From NCBI GenBank assembly GCA_965153285.1, contig OZ229117.1: a stretch of DNA of 64,000 nt; one strand, given 5' to 3'. Source of the stretch: Podarcis tiliguerta. Lineage: Eukaryota. Below the pieces are notes generated by a model. That model was not told the DNA's origin. It did not search any database and saw only the letters and a program-made list of their open reading frames with translations. Position numbers and translations under genes: made by a program. This document shows positions 11,201 to 23,200 of the stretch, one piece after another (the first letter of the stretch is position 1; every line of letters begins with the position of its first letter).

Positions 11201-14200
11201 TAAATTTGGCGCCTACCTCGCAGGGTTGTGGGGAGCACAAAATGGGCACAATTCTGAACTCTTTGGTTGAAGGGGCAGGGTGCAAGCATTTTAAAAGGGG
11301 GGGAGGGTCTGAGACTTGGTGTGGATGGGAACAGCTGATTTCCTGGGAGTAAAGTTTTTCTATTCTTCCTTGGGAGCTTGTCCAGAATCGTTTCCTGCAC
11401 TGCTCACTCTTCCCTCACCCAAGCTCCACGGTGTGCTCTACTCTCCAAGTCTGGCCTTCGCGGGTAACTTTGCCGGGCAATGTTGCTTTCCACGCCTCAA
11501 CTCCATGCCCTGAACATTGTCCCTGGCTGCATCTGTCTTGGTCCCGACATCAGAATGATCCAACTCTCTCAGTTGGCAAGCCCCTTGGTGTAAGCAGGTG
11601 TTTTCTCAGTGTGGGATGGGCTTGTTTGGACTGATCCGTTGACTCTCGCTTTTATATTCATGAGCCCAGACTTGGTCCCTAGGCGTGGAAACAGTTTGCA
11701 GGTCTGGTTCTGCAGGAGTCATAACCAGTAAGGGTGGAGCTGCTTTGCAAAGGCTGGAGCACTGTGTGTGGTCCTGGGGGTTGTCTGACACTCTGGTTAG
11801 GAGCTAAAATAAAATAGCAAAACCCTGGTCTACTTGTCCCCACTTTCCTTTTTTTGCCCTTGACACTAGCACATGACGCATTATTGGAAAACTTTTGGAT
11901 TAGTGTGGCCCAAGAGGTCAGTCACTGGAAACTGAAGCATGGAAGGCAGCAGCGTCATGGAAGTTAACAGTTCATAATGATTAAGGTTGGGCAGTTAACT
12001 AGTCGAATATGCATCAAGTATTTCTAAAGCATAACTTTAATAGAACAAAAGCAATAGAACCAGTCTGATACTTAATTACAAAAGCAAATTAGCAAATGGT
12101 GATGGTGAATTAATTTAACTTTTAAAAGAAATTGTAGTGGATTATTTTAACTTTAACGGTGCAAGTTTTCTATAGACATGAATTATTTGTCAAAAGGATT
12201 TTTATGCTAGTTTACCAGAGTCAGCCTATAGTTACATGAAAGTTTTCAATGCAGAGCAGCAATTAAAAACAACATTTTAAAAGTCACTTTTACTGAATTG
12301 GCAACTGGTTATTTCTTCAAGTACTGTGGCTTTTTTGTGATACTTGGCAATATCTGCTCGGTTAATTTGCCTGTGTGCTAACTCTAGGAAGACAGTGTGA
12401 AGGAAATGTGAGTGTGCAGTAATGGTTGGATTTCATAGGAATGCAGGGCAACTAGCCTTTTAAAACCTGAAGGGAAGAGATGGTGGACTTCCAGCTGGCA
12501 AGCAGTATAGTCAAACTCTGAAAGAGGCTTGCTTGGAAAGCAGCATCAGTTGAGAATGCCTGTCCATAATCATCTTAGCTGCCTGGTTTGTCAGACCTGT
12601 AGACAGGCTGTCATTTACGTGCTTATTTGATGCGATAGTACAGTTAATTTAACCTCGGGATAAGTTCTTTCTGGGGGGTGGGAGCTCTTGGGGAAGTCGA
12701 TGGAGTGCGTACAGTTACGAAAACTTGGGGATATTTTTAAAGTGTCTTTAATCATTATGCTGCCTTAGTGGTTAAGAAGAAATGACAGCACAGGCTCCCT
12801 GCTTATGCCGGGGTGTGATTCTGTCACTTGGAATGTGTATTTTGGAAATGTGAAGTGGAGGGGGAGAAGGTTTGCAGATGACTGACTGTGCCAGTCAGTG
12901 GGAAGTGCTGCTGCCACCTTCTGTGCCAGTGTAAACAGTCGTGTTTTTAAGTGCCCTTCGTTAAGGAAAAGCTGGTGGGAGGAGAGTGTTGCTCCCAAGC
13001 TTTGGTTCTCAGCGGTGGGGGAGGGTGTGTGTTTTACTTCTTGTACATCTGCGCCTTTTGTTTGGCTTGTGGCTGGGACCTCAGACCACACAATGGAGGT
13101 CAGAATATACAGTATGTATACTAGTGTAGGCTGGTTAGTAAATGTCACTGGGATTGGGTGTCCATCCTGGGCTGAGCAAAGCCAGTTTTAAATTCCCTCT
13201 CATGCCTGAAGCTCCATGGGTGACCTCAGCCTAACCTACGTTGCAGGCTTGTGAAGGAGGTGAGCAGGCCACATGTGTCCCTTTAGAGGAGCAGGGCCTT
13301 GTGCGTTGTGGCACAGCAGATGTGAAATTCCTTCCCCATATACATCCAGCTGCCCCTACGCTATCTATTGTTAAGCACCAGATTAAAACACATCAGTTTT
13401 TCTCTCAGGCTTATGGTTTTAACTGATTGCTGCTGGGTTGCCTAAATTTCTGATTTCTTGATATTTTGCTTTGCTACTTGTTCTATGTTGTTGTTTTTGT
13501 GGTTCTCAGCATGGCTTAACAATCCCTCTTCTCAGGCAACTTTTGACAACCCTAGTTCTGTGAGGAGAATAGGGATCTCCTACAAACTCTCAACGCTCTT
13601 GACAAGCTACAGTTTCCAGGATTTTCTGGAGGAAGCTATGACTGCTTAAAATGGTATAATAGTGCTTTAAATGTATAGAAGGGACCTCATTGATCCTGTT
13701 TGTACATAACACTGTGTCAAAGCATGGCTTAGTGCAAATGAACAAAGCGTGGGCTTTCAGAGGGGAGCCTACAATCATTTTGCTTCTGTCTGGCCGTTTT
13801 GCGGCTGTGCTAAGATGAGCCACAGTTTGACTTCAGTGTCATCTGAACCTGGGCTTGTGGTTTAGCTCTCTCCAGAGAAACCACTAACTGAAACCAAGGT
13901 TTGTATTCGGGTTTACAGCTCCAATGCTCCATAGTAAACATGGCTCCTGATGAGGCTGAAAGGAGATTAGAGCTCTGGTCCCAGTTCAAAGCTCTTCTGG
14001 GTCTCATCACCATCTGTTGATGGTGCTGGTCCTGGGCTCAGCTGCTTCTGTGTTCCTACTTCTGTGTTTCTGCCATTTCCATTTTCACAGCTGAAAGGTG
14101 TGTAGGCTTGGAACAAGCTGTGTTTCTTCCAGATATACCCCATGCTGTGTGTTTCCTTTCCCTGAGAATATGCAAAAGCAGAATTTTGAAGGAAATGTTC

Positions 14201-17200
14201 AGAAGGCTTCTCCTTGTTGCTTAGCTTTAGTCTCATTAGAATTGACAACATCTAGGCTAAAATTAAATTGGAGGAAGAAAGGAAAATCTTAAACCTTACC
14301 CAAAATCATGACGTGCAAAATCTGTCTATGTTGATGCTGCCAAATGGCTGAAAGAGACTGAGATAGAGATCCTGTAGGATGAGGGGAGTGGACCAGCTAT
14401 AGCAGGCATAGGCAAACTCAGCCCTCCAGATGTTTTGAGACTACAATTCCCATCATCCCTGACCACTGGTCCTGTTAGCTAGGGATGATGGGAGTTGTAG
14501 TCCCAAAAACATCTGGAGGGCCAAGTTTGCCTTTGCCTGAGCTATAGCCAAGGCCACAAACATATAATTACTTTCTGGTTGTAACCCACAAGCTCTACCA
14601 GCATCCAGCCAGATGAAAAGGATCTGCATTGCTTTCCAGCACTGATAGTGCTTAGTTTTTGGAGCCTGAGGTCCAGATTCCAGCCAGGCAAAGGCTCTTA
14701 AGGGCACAGAGCAGTACTAGTGCGGGGGCATGACCTGGGAAGAATCCTGAGGGCCACCTAGAGACATGGAGGGCCACATTCAGCCTGTGGAGCAGAGATT
14801 CTCAGCGGGTTTTGCCTCCCAAAAAGGAAGCATGTAGATACTGCTTTGGCCAGGAACTTTGTGTTACCCTTAAGTGACACTTGAAGCTCCTGAGAGCTAT
14901 TTAAAAATACCTCCGGATGTAGGAGGGACCGGACAGCTAAAAACCTGGCAAGAGTTCTAACCTTGTGGCAACCCCAAATTTGAGAATCCATTTCGGAAAA
15001 GAAGGGTGTGACTGCAACAAAAGGTTGGTAGGCCTACCAGTGTTTACATGGTTGGATAAAGCCTGGTTCAAGTGGGAGGAATGCTCTAGCTGCGACTGCA
15101 GGAGATTGTGAGATGGGGCTTTGTCTTCTTGTGCCAAAAAGTGCTGTGAGGTTGGAGCCTGACCCACCAGTGTCCCAGCTCTCCTCTCCTAGCCCTACTG
15201 GTGCCAGATTAAACAGCTGCTTTGGCTTTTGCTGAGTCAAATGCAGCTTTCCCTTCTCTCTTGATGAGTGGATATGAGTCAAGCTTAGCCTTCTCCTGGG
15301 AGCAAAGGGTTAGTTATGGGCTGTTGCTGTTATCTTTTTGGGGTGGGGGAGCTTGGAACAAACAGTCCCTCAGCTTCTGCCCTTGTCCCAGAACTGACTT
15401 GGAAAGAAAAGTGGCTTCATCAGCTAAAGCTCATCTAGCCATCTCCAACCTGGCGCCCTCCAGTTTTTTGGGACTACAATTGCCTTTAACCTCAGCCAGC
15501 ATAACCGTATGATGCTGGGGCTGCTGGGAGTTGTAGTCTACTTGGAAGGCACCAGGTTTGGGGAGGCTTGGCTATTGTCCCTACATAGAAATTACCTCCA
15601 GGGCTCTGGGAAGTCCAAAGCTCAATAGAGCTAATGTTATGTAGGAGATGTATTAATACAATGAACGTATTGGAATGTATGTTTGATGAAAACTAATAAA
15701 AATTTAAGTTGCAAAAAAGGGGGGGGGGGAATTACCTCCAGGGCTCACAGACCAGTGTCTGGCATCCAGTATCAGCAATGGAGGCTTTTTCTAAGCCAGG
15801 GGTAGGCAACCTAGGGCCCGTGGGCTGGATCGCCTTCTCAATTTGGCCCGCGGACAGTCCAGGAATCAGCATGTTTTTACATGAGTAGAATGTGTCCTTT
15901 TATTTAAAAATGCATCTCTGGGTTATTTGTAGGGCCTGCCTGGTGTTTTTACATGAGCAGAATGTGCGCTTTTATTTAAAATGCATCTCTGGGTTATTTG
16001 TGGGGCATAGGAATTTGTTTATATTTTTTTCAAAATATAGTCTGGCCCACCACATGGTCTGAAGCATGGTGGACCAGCCCACAACTGAAAAAGGTTGCTG
16101 ACCCCTGTTCTAAGCTATCGCCAGAACCCCTCCAGCTCCTTTCTCCCCTTTTATGCTCCATAGAAGCATCTGGTCTTCATCCTATGCAAATAGAACCAAA
16201 GGGCTGGGTTGGGCAGAGCACTAGCTGGGACTAAGGCTGCATTGGTTAGACCAAATAACAGCACCCTGGATCTACCTTTATCCTGTTCAGAATTTCCTCC
16301 AGGGCCTTTTCCATCTTCCTCAGCACTGCCTTGCTCTCCACTAACTTTCTCAAATACATCCTGGGTTAATTAGATTTCAGAAGTCCAACTCTGTGTCCTC
16401 TGACCATCCCTCCAGCATGCCTTGAGTATTTGTCTTGTTATTTTTCCAAACCCTCCTTGCCTCTTGACCCTAAACACAGCCACTCTCTGGAGGCTACTTT
16501 AAGCTCCCAGCTCTTAATCTCTTGTGATATTTACATATTTTGCCTTCTGGCATGGAATAATCAGGTTGCACTTTTCATTCCCAAGGTTCCTCTCCCCCCC
16601 CCCCCCCGCCCTGTGTGTGGGAGGGTGGAATAACACTCTTCAGCTATTGCACTTCACAATGGGATGTCCTTCTCAGGCTATTTTTTGCTGCTGCTTGAAA
16701 AGTTGGTCAGCTGTTCCTGCAACCATTTCCTGAAACTCATCAGTCGCCTGCCTCTGGAGTCTTTGCTCTGGCATGGAGCATTTCAGCTTTGGTGAAGAGG
16801 GGAACATTTAACTTTGTGACCTTGTTAGAAAGCAACTTCTGGACCAGTGTGTTAGTTGGTCCACATCTGGTAGCCAGCTGTGTAGCTCATTTTAACTGCT
16901 GAGGCAGCACTGCTTTCTACTCAGTTTGAATTGTGCACAGAGGAAATGGACTTCCCTCCTCCCTCTCCCCCATCCAGGTTCCCTAGTTTGCATTCAGCCA
17001 CCCATCCTCAGAAAAGGAGAGGAGCAGATTAAAGGTGGAGGGAGATGAGTGTAATCCTGGGATAAGCCCTCTGCCTCCAGGAGGCTAATATTAAACACTC
17101 GGTCTCCCTGCTGTGGCTCTCTCCAGCCTTGCCCTGGCTGCTAAGCTTGTGTGGCTCTCTCCAGCCTTGCCCTGGCTGCTAAGCTGTTTGACCAAAGAGA

Positions 17201-20200
17201 ACTGTGTGCTGGGGATTGGTGAAGCTCAGGTTAACCAGATCAGGCTTCCTTTCCCCCCATTGACTCTTCCTTTTTGACATACTGACTTCTGTCACTGGCT
17301 TGCCTCTGTCTAATGTATATCTCGCTGCCTGCCCCGTGGGACATTAAATGCCAAGATAGATAGGAAGGGCAAGCCAGCAGCTGCATGAGGATTACCCTTT
17401 AATACACCCTTGGGCACGAGCTGCGTGATTTAGCAGAGCAGCCAAATGCCAGGCGCTGAGTGGGCACAGTGTTCTTCCTGTCAAGCTTCCTTCTAACATC
17501 TTTGCCCACCTTGAGCTCTTATAGTATCACACTGGGGAGAGATACGGGGACGTGGCTACACCTTGGCTGCAGAGCTGGTTTCCAAAACTTGATTAAGGTG
17601 GGTGTGGGTGTAGAAATGGTGGTCCATAACTATACGATGCTTGGGCGTCCTCTTCACACACATAGTCTTCTAGCTGGGAGGCTTCTGAGAGCAATGGATA
17701 GGACTTGAGACTTTGCAGAAAGTTGTCTTGTAGAGCCCCAGGGCCCAAACAGATGTAAGGTAGAAGGGCAGAATCTCCTGGTGTTTTGGGTCTTAGTTTT
17801 TAAAATTATTAGTTTAAATCCACCGGGTGTGGACCTTTCTGTCCCCCTACAAACTGTTTTGAGGTCTGCTGGGATGAAATTCAGACATGAAAACCATACC
17901 AGACAGACCCTGCATAACTTTGCAAATGTGCTAGCAGTTTTATTGCTGCGGTGCTCTGATATAGGTACATCCCACCGCCACACCCCCAGTGGTGCATAGC
18001 TGGTTATGGAGATGGGAGAGGGGTGCTATCTCAGAAAACAACATGGGACAGGCAGAAGGTTGAAGATGCACATTCTCAATTGTCATTGGAGCCCTTGCAG
18101 CTCCATTAAAGCATTAACACTCCATGGTTAAAAGTCTGGAGGATTTGATGCTAGGCTTCCCTGCAGCACTCCTGTTTGGGCTCCTAGAAGAGGAAGCCTT
18201 TGTGCTTCTGCAAGAGGAGAAGGGGCTTGGTTCCAAGTGTGTCCCGTGCCCTCCTTAAAGCAACTGATATTCTCCTTGCATTATGAAGGCGCTGAATGGG
18301 CCCCTCAGTGGGGGCTGCGTGGTCCTCATAAGTAAGCTGGCATCACCCAAAAGGTTGGGAGCAAGAGCCAGGGAGAAGGGGAGGCAGCTGGGCAAACACT
18401 CCACCTCCCTCTTGCAAAGACGGTGGGAAAGTCTGTGCTAGAGCCAAAACCCTCCACCTCGAAACAAAGCCAATGATTCTGCTTCACGGTCTCCGAATGT
18501 GGCCGCGGCCTGTTTTCCGTTAGTTGCGCACATTGTCTATTGTGCCCAGGCGGGCCTGGAAAGAGCGTGGCATACTTAGCTGCTGTTTAATGGGGCTTTC
18601 ATGAGCTTTGCTGGAAGAGAGTTCGGAGTGAATGAGACATTTATGGCTCCTTTGAATTGCCACTAACCGGACATAAACAGTTGTGTTGTCTTTTGCTGCC
18701 TGCTGTTTGCTTTCCCCCCCTCTGTCTTAATTTATTGTGAGCTGATGGGTGTTCCCAGGCTGAAATTAGTTTCATAACTTTCCGTAAAGAGTATATTGGA
18801 TGCTGCAGTTGGACTGTGGGCTTGTCTGCTGTTTGACTCAAGAGCAAGCACTCCAGAGCAGGCAGCTGGCTGTTGTGGATTCAGCTGTATTTCTGGCATA
18901 AAATCTGCTTGTTCTGAATTTGCTGGTGAAGAGTGTTGCAGGAGGAGAGTTTCTCCACACCCTGCCGAAACCAGGACTACTCAGGAGACTGTGTCTTTAA
19001 TGTTTCCTCTGCTTTCTTGCCTTTTAGGGCTAAAAATGTCTTTGGACTTGGCACTGTGGCTGTTTAGAATTGAGAGACCTGAAACATCTGGGCTTTTTAG
19101 AGGCTCACTGGAGGCAGGAAGAGAGGGAAGGCACCTCCTCTCTGCTGTAACACAGGTTGTCTTCCTTTGAGATCTTGCAAGCTGCATTTCCAAAATAGAG
19201 ACAGATGTGTATGTTCATTAAATGGTCACCTCTTTGGCGTCTTGTTTAACAGGACTGTCATTTGGACCAGCTGGTTTGGCCCTTTATAGCACTTGTGTAT
19301 GAACTTTTTTATAAAATGCCTAGCTTGGCCTAGCAGCACAAACCAAAGGCATTGGGATGCTAACATCCCTGGAAAGGGCTGGACCTGGCACTTGTTGTGT
19401 GGATTGTGGAGGTTACTAAATCCTCCTGCACTTCAGTATACAGTCTGTTTAATTGACTTTCTGTAGTACCGTTTGCTGCCCTGGCTGCAGCTAATGGAAG
19501 TTGTAGTCCAAACATTTCAAGGGCACCAGGTTAGGGAACACTACTTTGGAAGATTGCCTCCTGACCTGAGAAGGAATTCTGCAAGGGTTGTGAAGCATCT
19601 CACTACTGGATAGTTCAGATTCTGCTTGCAACTAGAGAAGAAGTAATTAGAGAATAAGTATTGCTGTGACGGCAGCACCATGCAGTGAACATTTCTGCAA
19701 AACAAATCAAAAAGTCACGGTGGAATCAGTTGACCCTTTATTTGGACCGACTAAAATGCAGCAAAGGAGTGAGCAAGAAAAACAGGAAGGCAGCTGATGG
19801 GCTGGGTGGGTGAGGGTGGAGGCAAAGGCTGCATCTGGCATGGAAACCCAAAGCCTCTAGTTGGACACTGTATTAAGATGAAGGTGTTAGGCAGGCACAG
19901 TTAGATCAGAGTCTGCCAGAAGTACTACAGATCTCATCTCAGTACTTCCTGGCATTTTCCATGGCCTTAAGGTATTTCCGTACAGAGGTTTCAAGGGAGG
20001 ATGAATGGTATCATCAGCACCCACAAATCCACTACATATATATGCTGCATAAGAACATAAGACGAGTCTTTTCACAAGGAGCATTGACAGTGAGCGGCAT
20101 TGGATATTATTTCCCCTCCAACTTTATATATGTATATATGTATATAAAACCCCATATAGTGTACAGTTCAAAGCTCTGCTTTTTTCATTTTTTTGGAAAT

Positions 20201-23200
20201 CATTTTTATTTGATTTTACAAATAGAAAGTTATATATAAAAAACCCCAAATATATATCCATAAACAGAGATTACTCCAAATCTCGAGACCTCCCCCCACC
20301 CCTTCCATGAGGTCCCATATTAAACATTTGAAACTGCATATTCTTCCAAATTCTATTATCAATCCATATTATCCATGGTAATTATTACACTACAAGTGAA
20401 ATCAAAATCCTGCCAATGTTTTCAACTGCTTACAGTGTTCTATATAACTTGTAGATTTTCCTCATTCTTTTATAAAGTTTTTGTCCTCTTGGTTTCTGAG
20501 TTTTCCAGTTAGTTTTGTCATTTCAGCATAGTCCATCAGCTTGGTTTGCCATCCCTCTCTGGTAGGACCTTGTCTTCTTTCCATCTCTGGGCTAGTAACA
20601 TCCGGGCGGCTGTTCCATACCTAAAAAGTCTTTTCTGCTCCTTTGGGATGTTAGTACCTGTAATTCCTAATAAGAAAGCTTTTCGTTTTTTTAAACAAAA
20701 GTTATTTTAAACATTTTTTTCCATTTCGTTATATGTCATCTCCCAGAAAGCTTTTAGCACCTTACAAATCCACCACATGTCATAAAACGTACCTTCTTTT
20801 TCTTTACATTTCCAGCAGATATTTGAACTTGTCCTATACATTTTTGCTAGTTTTGTAGGAGTTAAGTACCACCTTCCCTCTCCAACCTTTAGCAGTACTG
20901 TAGCTAAAAACATAACAATAGCCCTGCTGAATCGGGCCAAAGGAGCCCACCTAGTCTGGCATCCTCACTGACCAGTCAGATGCCCCCATGGGAAGCTCAC
21001 AAGCAGGCCCTGAACACAACAGCAGCACTTTCCCCATTTGTGATTGCCAGCAACTAACATTCAGGGATATAATGCTTCTGACAGTGGAAGTAAACTATAG
21101 CCATCCTGGCAAGTAGTAAACTTGTCTGATCCCCTTTTAAAATTGGAGGCCATTGCTGCCTCTAGTGGGAGCAAATTCCATAGTTTTAACTATCTGCTGC
21201 ATGAGGAGGCTGTAGTTGAGTGATAAAGCATTTGTAGAAGTGCTGGGATCAGTCTCCAACACCTCCGGTTTAAAAGCGGCAGGTGAAGGGAAAGAAACCC
21301 TGGCGGGGCACCTGCCGGTCAGTGTAGGCAGTGTTGGGCTAGATGGACAAATGACCTGTCCTGCCCTTGTGTGTTCTGCCTCTGTGGAGTTGGCTTATGT
21401 TTCAAGCTTTTGCCCTTCTTGGGCATTCTGAAGGGGGAAGCATGTCTTGGGTATTCTGAAGGGGGAAGGATTTTGGCCAGCCCACCAGTCTTGTACAGCT
21501 GAGAAATGGAGCCACTTCCTTCCACCGCCTAGATAGGTCAGACCTCATTCAAACTGCAAGCTGATCCCTGTTATGCCAAACTTGTTCTCATACTTTATTA
21601 GGGATCACTTTACATTTGCAAGAGCAAAAATGAAGGTGGCATTTCCTTTTGCTAGATTTGTACCGGAGGCCGACCAAAAAAGTTGTTTGATGTGGAGGGA
21701 GGGGCAGAATGTGGGGTGCCAAGGTGCTACCCAGCCAGTTTGGGCAGCTTCCTGTGCTGGCAGCAGCATCTCAGTGACTGGCCATAGGTCAACCCAGGCC
21801 CGCCTTGGCTCTGCCTCTTCCCCTCCGATGGTCTGTGCATTCCACCTGCCGCCTTCCTCTGCTTGAATGAAACAACCTCTTCCCTGCTTATGTTACCTGT
21901 ATGTCTGTATGGACTCGGGAGGGGAAAGGTGAACTGAGTAAAGCAGGTCTTTTTCTTTACTGAGGAAATTTTTAATAGAACCTTTGCTTGCCCCAAAATA
22001 ATTTATTTTTTATTGATAATTAAAAGTGTCTTTTCTTTCCATGATATGCATATTTGTTTGTTCAAAGGATTCCGTTTATGGAGCGGAAGATTCTTCTTGT
22101 TAAATTTATCACCAAAAAAATTCAAGGAATAGTGGGGTTTGGAGAGTTTTCTTCCAATACTATTTAATATATTGTGCGTTAAATATGTCCCAAAGGCACT
22201 CTTCTTATACATCAAAATGTATTGGCGGAATATGCTTGCATACAGTCTTAAGATAATACATTTTTGTGCACATCTGAATTATTTTTAGCAGGTTTTTTAG
22301 ATGCTTCTGATGAAAAGTTGATACATTCAAAAATGCATTCGGCATAACAATATAGCAATCTGGAGTCCTTTTCAAAATAACAGCTACTTTTCACAGGATC
22401 CCCTTGTGAGCTTCTCTTTTTATTTTGTATGGAACTGGTCTGCTGGTCCTTCTTTTTCATTGTGCTGTGATCCCCTTTTATCAATCTCCCCCAATCTGGC
22501 ACCCTTCTAATGTTATGGACTACAACTCCCATCAGCCCCAGGTACCACGGTCATGCTGTGCTAAATGGGCCTGATGGGAGTTGTCATCCAAATCTTCTGG
22601 AGGGCACCAGTTGGGAGAGGCTGATTTAATGACATTGTTTTTGCAAAGAGGGTGTGGTGTGTGGACCTCTATTCCTGTGCGGGGCCCATTCCAGGTTCCC
22701 TCTGGCCATCATGGAGATAGGGGAGAGATTTCCTTTCCAGAAAAGCCACGAAAGACAGCAACAAGCTCTCATATATTAAAGTGAATATTTACTAATTTGT
22801 GAGAGCTAAATGCCTGCCTGCCTGCCTGAGGATTGTTTTTCTGCTGTCCATCCTCTGGCCTTGGAAAGAAGCTTTTGTTTTCTCTGCTGCTCCTGGAGAA
22901 GTTTAGCCAATAAATCTTTGATCAGCCATCCTGCAGTGACTGCAAAGATAGCCCCAGAGTGTCGACCCTGCTTCATTCACTTCCTTTCCTGTCCTTCCAG
23001 CAATGTGAGCTGAACCGCCCTGAGACCGGGTATAGGGCGGGATATAAATTTAACTAGCTAACTAGCCCTAACAGGGCAGGAGTAGAGAGTGAATGACATG
23101 GGTGGGGTGCTCCACTTTCTAGAGCAGTCTTTGCCAACCTGTTGGCTGTGGCAGATGGCAGCAGCAGTCCAAAACATCTGGAGGGCACCAGCTTGGCAAA

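Noticed and set aside
13945-13966. CTGATGA-ggct-GAAA hammerhead-like core
   Set aside because: Stem II cannot form and there is no stem III or cleavage triplet.
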